Of a stretch of DNA of 64,000 nucleotides, positions 60,108-64,000 are shown piece after piece. How positions within the stretch are numbered: position 1 is the first letter of the stretch; every line of letters begins with the position of its first letter. Source of the stretch: Candidatus Saccharimonadia bacterium (GTDB lineage Bacteria; Patescibacteriota; Saccharimonadia; UBA4664); assembly GCA_041743505.1 (NCBI GenBank), contig JBGTMQ010000003.1, forward strand, positions 25,148-89,147, read 5' to 3'. A model generated the notes under the pieces. That model was not told the DNA's origin, searched no databases, and worked only from the letters and a program-made list of their open reading frames with translations. Both the position numbers and the translations under genes were made by a program.

Positions 60108-60329
60108 TTACCTGTTTGGGAAGTTTGGCCACCTGTCTCCGAGAATCTCCCGCTCGGACTTATTGAAGGAGCGGCGGGCAAACGCAGAAAGTATGCCTAC
60201 GAGTACCAGTATTCCAGCCCCAGCCCACATCAGGATAAGTCCCACCTGGGGCGCCTGAAGGAAGAACGGCGGCTCGACGTACTTCAGTATTGCACCACCG
60301 ATAAGGAGCAAGACTGCAAAAATAAACAT
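60108..60329 (-). CDS. Small two-TM membrane protein
   Basis: 73 aa. Strong SD (AGGAGGT) 8 nt upstream of the ATG. Confidence 0.55.
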   Translation of the reverse strand: MFIFAVLLLIGGAILKYVEPPFFLQAPQVGLILMWAGAGILVLVGILSAFARRSFNKSEREILGDRWPNFPNR

Positions 60330-60862
60330 AGTTCAAACCTCCTGTTTTCAGCGCCGGTACGAGCTATTTTCGGAGTCCAAGGTGCACGGAACCTCTTCGG
60401 GCAAATGGCCAAAGACCAACTAATACTAACATAAAATAGTCAGATTGTAAAGCAGAATGAAAAACCGGACCCCAAATGAAGGATCCGGCCAAAGATGAGC
60501 CTGTTTGGCCGCTAGTCATGTACCCTGCGATTGGGCCTGACCCTCTTAGCCGCCAAAATTGAAGCTGAACGCCGGCTGTAGCGACTGCCCCTGCGGCTAA
60601 TAGCCGCAGTCTCAAGACCATCCCATACCAATTCTACAAATCGCACTGCGTCGAAACGATCCGTCGGCGCAACACGAAACGTACGCTGAGCCTCGCTCAC
60701 CCACGCGCCCGTATGTCTCACCTCGCGGATAATCTTCTGGGTGCGAAGCGGCAGAGACACAGGATTAACAATTACTATGTCAGGCAAGATAACCCCCTCG
60801 GGTTGCAGGATCTACGCACTAAACATCAAAGTAATAATAGTATAAAAACTCAGAATGTCAAT

Positions 60863-61330
60863 CTAGAAACTCTGGTACTTCTCCGTCTTCATCAGCCGCT
60901 CAATCTCGATACGCAGCTCTCTTATATCCCCATCATCAAGCGGCTTAAACCCCTCGTAGAAGCCCGTCTCCAGATGCGGCAAGTTAACCGCATCACCATA
61001 CTTCTGCGTAACGGCATTCTTTGCCCGGCCGAAAACCTGCGTATGCATCTTCGGCCCATCAGGTTTAAAAACACTCCAATTACCCATCTCCTGGTAATTA
61101 ATAATGCCAATATCAATTCCCCGCCTGCCCAGAGCTATCTTCATAGCCTCACCCACCACCATAGACAGTTTCATATATTCTATGGCCAGCTCGGGCGAAA
61201 GCTTGGTCCGGTCAGATATCGCAACTTTCGCCTTAATCTGAATATGGCCACCATCTTTACGGTCAACATAGACATGCGGAAGCTCAGCCGACTTGATAAT
61301 AAAGTTAGGGGTTTCATATATTAGCGCCAT
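60863..61330 (-). CDS. Hypothetical protein, possibly HIT-like fold with a degenerate histidine triad
   Basis: 155 aa. GIDIGIINYQEMGN...KMHTQVFGR resembles the HIT core, but the HxHxH triad is not intact. Confidence 0.35.
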   Translation of the reverse strand: MALIYETPNFIIKSAELPHVYVDRKDGGHIQIKAKVAISDRTKLSPELAIEYMKLSMVVGEAMKIALGRRGIDIGIINYQEMGNWSVFKPDGPKMHTQVFGRAKNAVTQKYGDAVNLPHLETGFYEGFKPLDDGDIRELRIEIERLMKTEKYQSF

Positions 61331-61351
61331 GCTAAGAAGTATATAGCAATC

Positions 61352-62905
61352 TCAAATGACAACTCGTTCATTAACATAAAATTTTGAACTCAGAAAAGAC
61401 ACCGAAAATATTATAGTAGCATCCTCAATCTGCCCGCTTTCGCTACTACGAACACTTACCTGCCATGCCCCGGGAGACAATCCAACCGTTGCCGAATTCC
61501 AAACCACACTGGCGTTGCCTTCCTCATCGATTTGATATGTGCCTAATACCACCGATGTACTATTTGGCCCAGTCAGTTCAACCCAGCAGGTAGTATTCGC
61601 TCCCCCCTGACAAGCCGTTTCTAACGGTAGCATCCCCTCAACCACCTGTACCAGATTGCTGCTGCTCACATTAATAAACTGACCCGTAGGGTCAGCTAGT
61701 GAGGCGGTCAAGAACGACGAATACGGCGCGACTACTCCATATCCATACCCATCAGTCCGCTCCAGGCCGCTCATTGCGGGCTTCTTAGTAGCGCTAATCA
61801 GAATAAACCGTGTCAGATCTGCCGGGCTATAGCCAGGATCCTGATTAAGCAGCAATCCGGCTAAGCCGGCCACAATCGGCGCAGACAAAGATGTACCTGA
61901 GTAAGCACAAGTGATGCCGGTTTGCGGATTCGATGGATTGTAGTAGTTACTACAAACATCGCCCGCCGTGCCCGGCGCCAATACATCCAGAGCGGCGCCA
62001 TAACTGGAGAAAGACGCCCGGTTACCAGCCGCATCACTAGCCCCAACCGCTAGTACCTCCGGGTAAGCAGCCGGGTAAGCCATACAATTGCATCCGTCAT
62101 TCCCAGCAGCAGCCACCACCAAGGCGCCTTTGCCAATAGCATAATTAATCTCTTGCCGCATATACGGGTCATCGAAATCCGAACCCAAGCTCAGCGAAAT
62201 AACATCAGCCCCATGGTCAGCTGCATAGCGGATTGCGGCCGCCACCGTATCCGTTGTTCCGCTACCCGAATCATCGAGTGCCTGAAGCGGCATAATCAAA
62301 GCCGTCGGATCCATAAGTGCCACTAAACCGGCCATAGCCGTCCCATGCGACACAGCCGACGAATAGGGCTGCGACGTACCCGCCATTGGATCATTGTCGT
62401 CTTCAACAAAATCCCACCCCGCTTGCGTACCCGTTGTAAAACGATCAACAAGATCCTCATGAACCAGATCAAACCCGGTATCAACCACTGCAATAACTGG
62501 TCGCACATCCGGATTATCAGACGCCGAACTCCAAACTTCCGGCACGGACAAGCGGTTCACAAACGGCGCCACAGAAGCAACGCTGCTAGTCGGAGTCATC
62601 AAAGCCCGGTAAGGATAAACCACATGCGGCTTAACCTCCGGCCGGGCCGGCTCGGCAGCAAGCGCCTCCTTAGCCGGAACCGGCGCGTGTACTGGCGCCT
62701 CTGCCAGCGTTACCGCCGCTAACCGCGCCTGCCCAGCCGGATTACTCGCCGGCCGAATACCGCCATTGTCCTCAAAGAACGTCCCTGCTGACCCCTTAGG
62801 ATAAACCACGGTCTCCGGACTCCGGCCACTCAACCAGAAAGCAGGCACCAGGCCACCAACAGCCAGGATACCAATAAGCGGGATGATTAATAACTTGTTT
62901 TTCAT
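61352..62905 (-). CDS. Subtilisin-like S8 serine protease, secreted or membrane-anchored
   Basis: Catalytic triad contexts VAVVDTGFD (Asp), HGTAMAGLV (His) and GTSLSAPIVAG (Ser). N-terminal signal/TM. Confidence 0.85.
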   Translation of the reverse strand: MKNKLLIIPLIGILAVGGLVPAFWLSGRSPETVVYPKGSAGTFFEDNGGIRPASNPAGQARLAAVTLAEAPVHAPVPAKEALAAEPARPEVKPHVVYPYRALMTPTSSVASVAPFVNRLSVPEVWSSASDNPDVRPVIAVVDTGFDLVHEDLVDRFTTGTQAGWDFVEDDNDPMAGTSQPYSSAVSHGTAMAGLVALMDPTALIMPLQALDDSGSGTTDTVAAAIRYAADHGADVISLSLGSDFDDPYMRQEINYAIGKGALVVAAAGNDGCNCMAYPAAYPEVLAVGASDAAGNRASFSSYGAALDVLAPGTAGDVCSNYYNPSNPQTGITCAYSGTSLSAPIVAGLAGLLLNQDPGYSPADLTRFILISATKKPAMSGLERTDGYGYGVVAPYSSFLTASLADPTGQFINVSSSNLVQVVEGMLPLETACQGGANTTCWVELTGPNSTSVVLGTYQIDEEGNASVVWNSATVGLSPGAWQVSVRSSESGQIEDATIIFSVSFLSSKFYVNERVVI

Positions 62906-63063
62906 GAGAAAGCTTTTTGTTTTGATGCAATCGTACTTCTATTATGCCATTCCTAGACGGTATATCAATAGCTAAACCTGATATTGAACAAGTCTATTGG
63001 TCATTTTTAACAGTAAAAACCCCGGCATATCTGGTCCAGAGACCGTAATACACCGGGGAAAAT

Positions 63064-63879
63064 CTAGTCGGCCAAGCGGCGGAGTATGAGTCGCCGCCAG
63101 CGGCGCGACGCCCTCTCCGGCTCAGCCGGCTCATTAATGGCGCGAACTGCGTCCAAACTTTCGGCATAGCACCGGAACCAGTCAACAATCTCGTGGTATC
63201 TCGGGAGACCGATTTTACCGTCACTTAGCCGCTTTGACGCCTGCAGTCGGAGAGCTACATCGTATATCACCTGAAGCGAATCAACGCAGTAAAGGACTCG
63301 CTGCCTAAGCTCATCTACTCCCGGAATTGCCGCCGCATCCGTAGGCAGCCGCGGCAGGCCGAGCCGCAGAGCTAGACTCTTGGACTCGACGTTAGCTACC
63401 AAAAGGTCAGCCAGACTCAGATCAATCATGGCATCCCACTCGAGAAACGGTCGGCACTGAGCAAACAGGGCCGAAAAACCTGATAGCGCTGACCCGTCAA
63501 TATCACCGCGCAAAATATCGGTCACTTGATCGAGCAAATCATGAAGCCGGAAGTATACCAGCTGGGACTGAGGCGCAAGCTGGTCCCAACGAAGCTCATC
63601 GGCGCCAAACAGAGTCGGCGCCACGTCGTCGGGACGATAAAGCCAAGCTTGCCTCGGTCGCGGCGACGCTTTGCTCATAAGCACCGCCCGTTCCCATGAC
63701 GTCGGCTGCATCGCACTAACAGCGCGGGCTACCAATCGCCTTGCCTGTCCCGCTAAGCCGGTATCCGTTCGAACAACTACCGCATCAGCCCGGCGTGACA
63801 ATGGCACTGGCGGCAGTTGAGGCTGTACGACATCAATCTTGGTCATGATAACTCCAAGCCTAGGATTGTAGAGAAGCAA
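63064..63879 (-). CDS. Hypothetical protein
   Basis: 271 aa ORF. The likely start is at MTKIDVV (63846). No recognisable family. Confidence 0.4.
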   Translation of the reverse strand: MLLYNPRLGVIMTKIDVVQPQLPPVPLSRRADAVVVRTDTGLAGQARRLVARAVSAMQPTSWERAVLMSKASPRPRQAWLYRPDDVAPTLFGADELRWDQLAPQSQLVYFRLHDLLDQVTDILRGDIDGSALSGFSALFAQCRPFLEWDAMIDLSLADLLVANVESKSLALRLGLPRLPTDAAAIPGVDELRQRVLYCVDSLQVIYDVALRLQASKRLSDGKIGLPRYHEIVDWFRCYAESLDAVRAINEPAEPERASRRWRRLILRRLAD

Positions 63880-64000
63880 ATCTGTACGCAGATTAGGCGG
63901 TCACTTGTGCAGTGATTGTATATATTATAACAGAAATTATTTCAAATAACAAATATTTGTCCACAAAAAACTGGCCTCGCACATCATCTCTCGGATGTGC

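Overview
This 64 kb window is a gene-dense bacterial chromosomal segment, about 85-90% coding and mostly on the minus strand. It is probably from a small-genome organism with a Gram-positive-type envelope: it has an LPxTG sortase substrate, an LCP ligase, an L,D-transpeptidase, a GT39 mannosyltransferase and a PilB ATPase. This would fit a Saccharibacteria/CPR-like lineage, but that placement is inference.

Core genes present:
- gyrB-gyrA
- pheS-pheT, behind a small membrane protein and an attenuator-like leader
- trpS, argS, smpB and tRNA-Pro(CGG)
- RmuC, a UvrD-like helicase fused to a PD-(D/E)xK nuclease, FKBP, a DUF84 NTPase and a PIG-L deacetylase

Envelope, sugar and surface genes present:
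- a GH13 alpha-glucosidase plus a GH37 trehalase
- LCP, a CHAP lipoprotein, an L,D-transpeptidase and an S8 protease
- a PKD/DUF11 LPQTG surface protein, a PilB/GspE ATPase, an LRR protein, a VWA protein and a PP2C-like membrane phosphatase

One mobile element is present: an IS481-family insertion sequence (57.9-58.9 kb) with 13-bp terminal inverted repeats.

The most unusual items are:
1. A 1967-aa T4SS-type (VirB4/VirD4-superfamily) P-loop ATPase with an ~1100-residue proline-rich disordered tail. The tail carries four PPIGAPP(I/V) repeats. The gene sits in an operon with a small Pro-rich protein.
2. An intact pheT whose B5 domain carries an in-frame NlpC/P60 peptidase domain insertion.
3. 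A ~0.9 kb non-coding transcript unit on the minus strand between trpS and pheS. It has a sigma70-like promoter, tandem GGA-rich repeats, a 28-codon sORF with a perfect SD, and a terminator directly before the pheS operon.
4. Two diverged copies of a 98-bp element with 18-21-bp terminal inverted repeats, both in convergent intergenic regions.
5. A translationally coupled module of helicase-nuclease, SprT-like HExxH protease and an unknown protein, which may act on DNA-protein crosslinks.

No CRISPR array, no rRNA and no convincing tmRNA or RNase P RNA were found.
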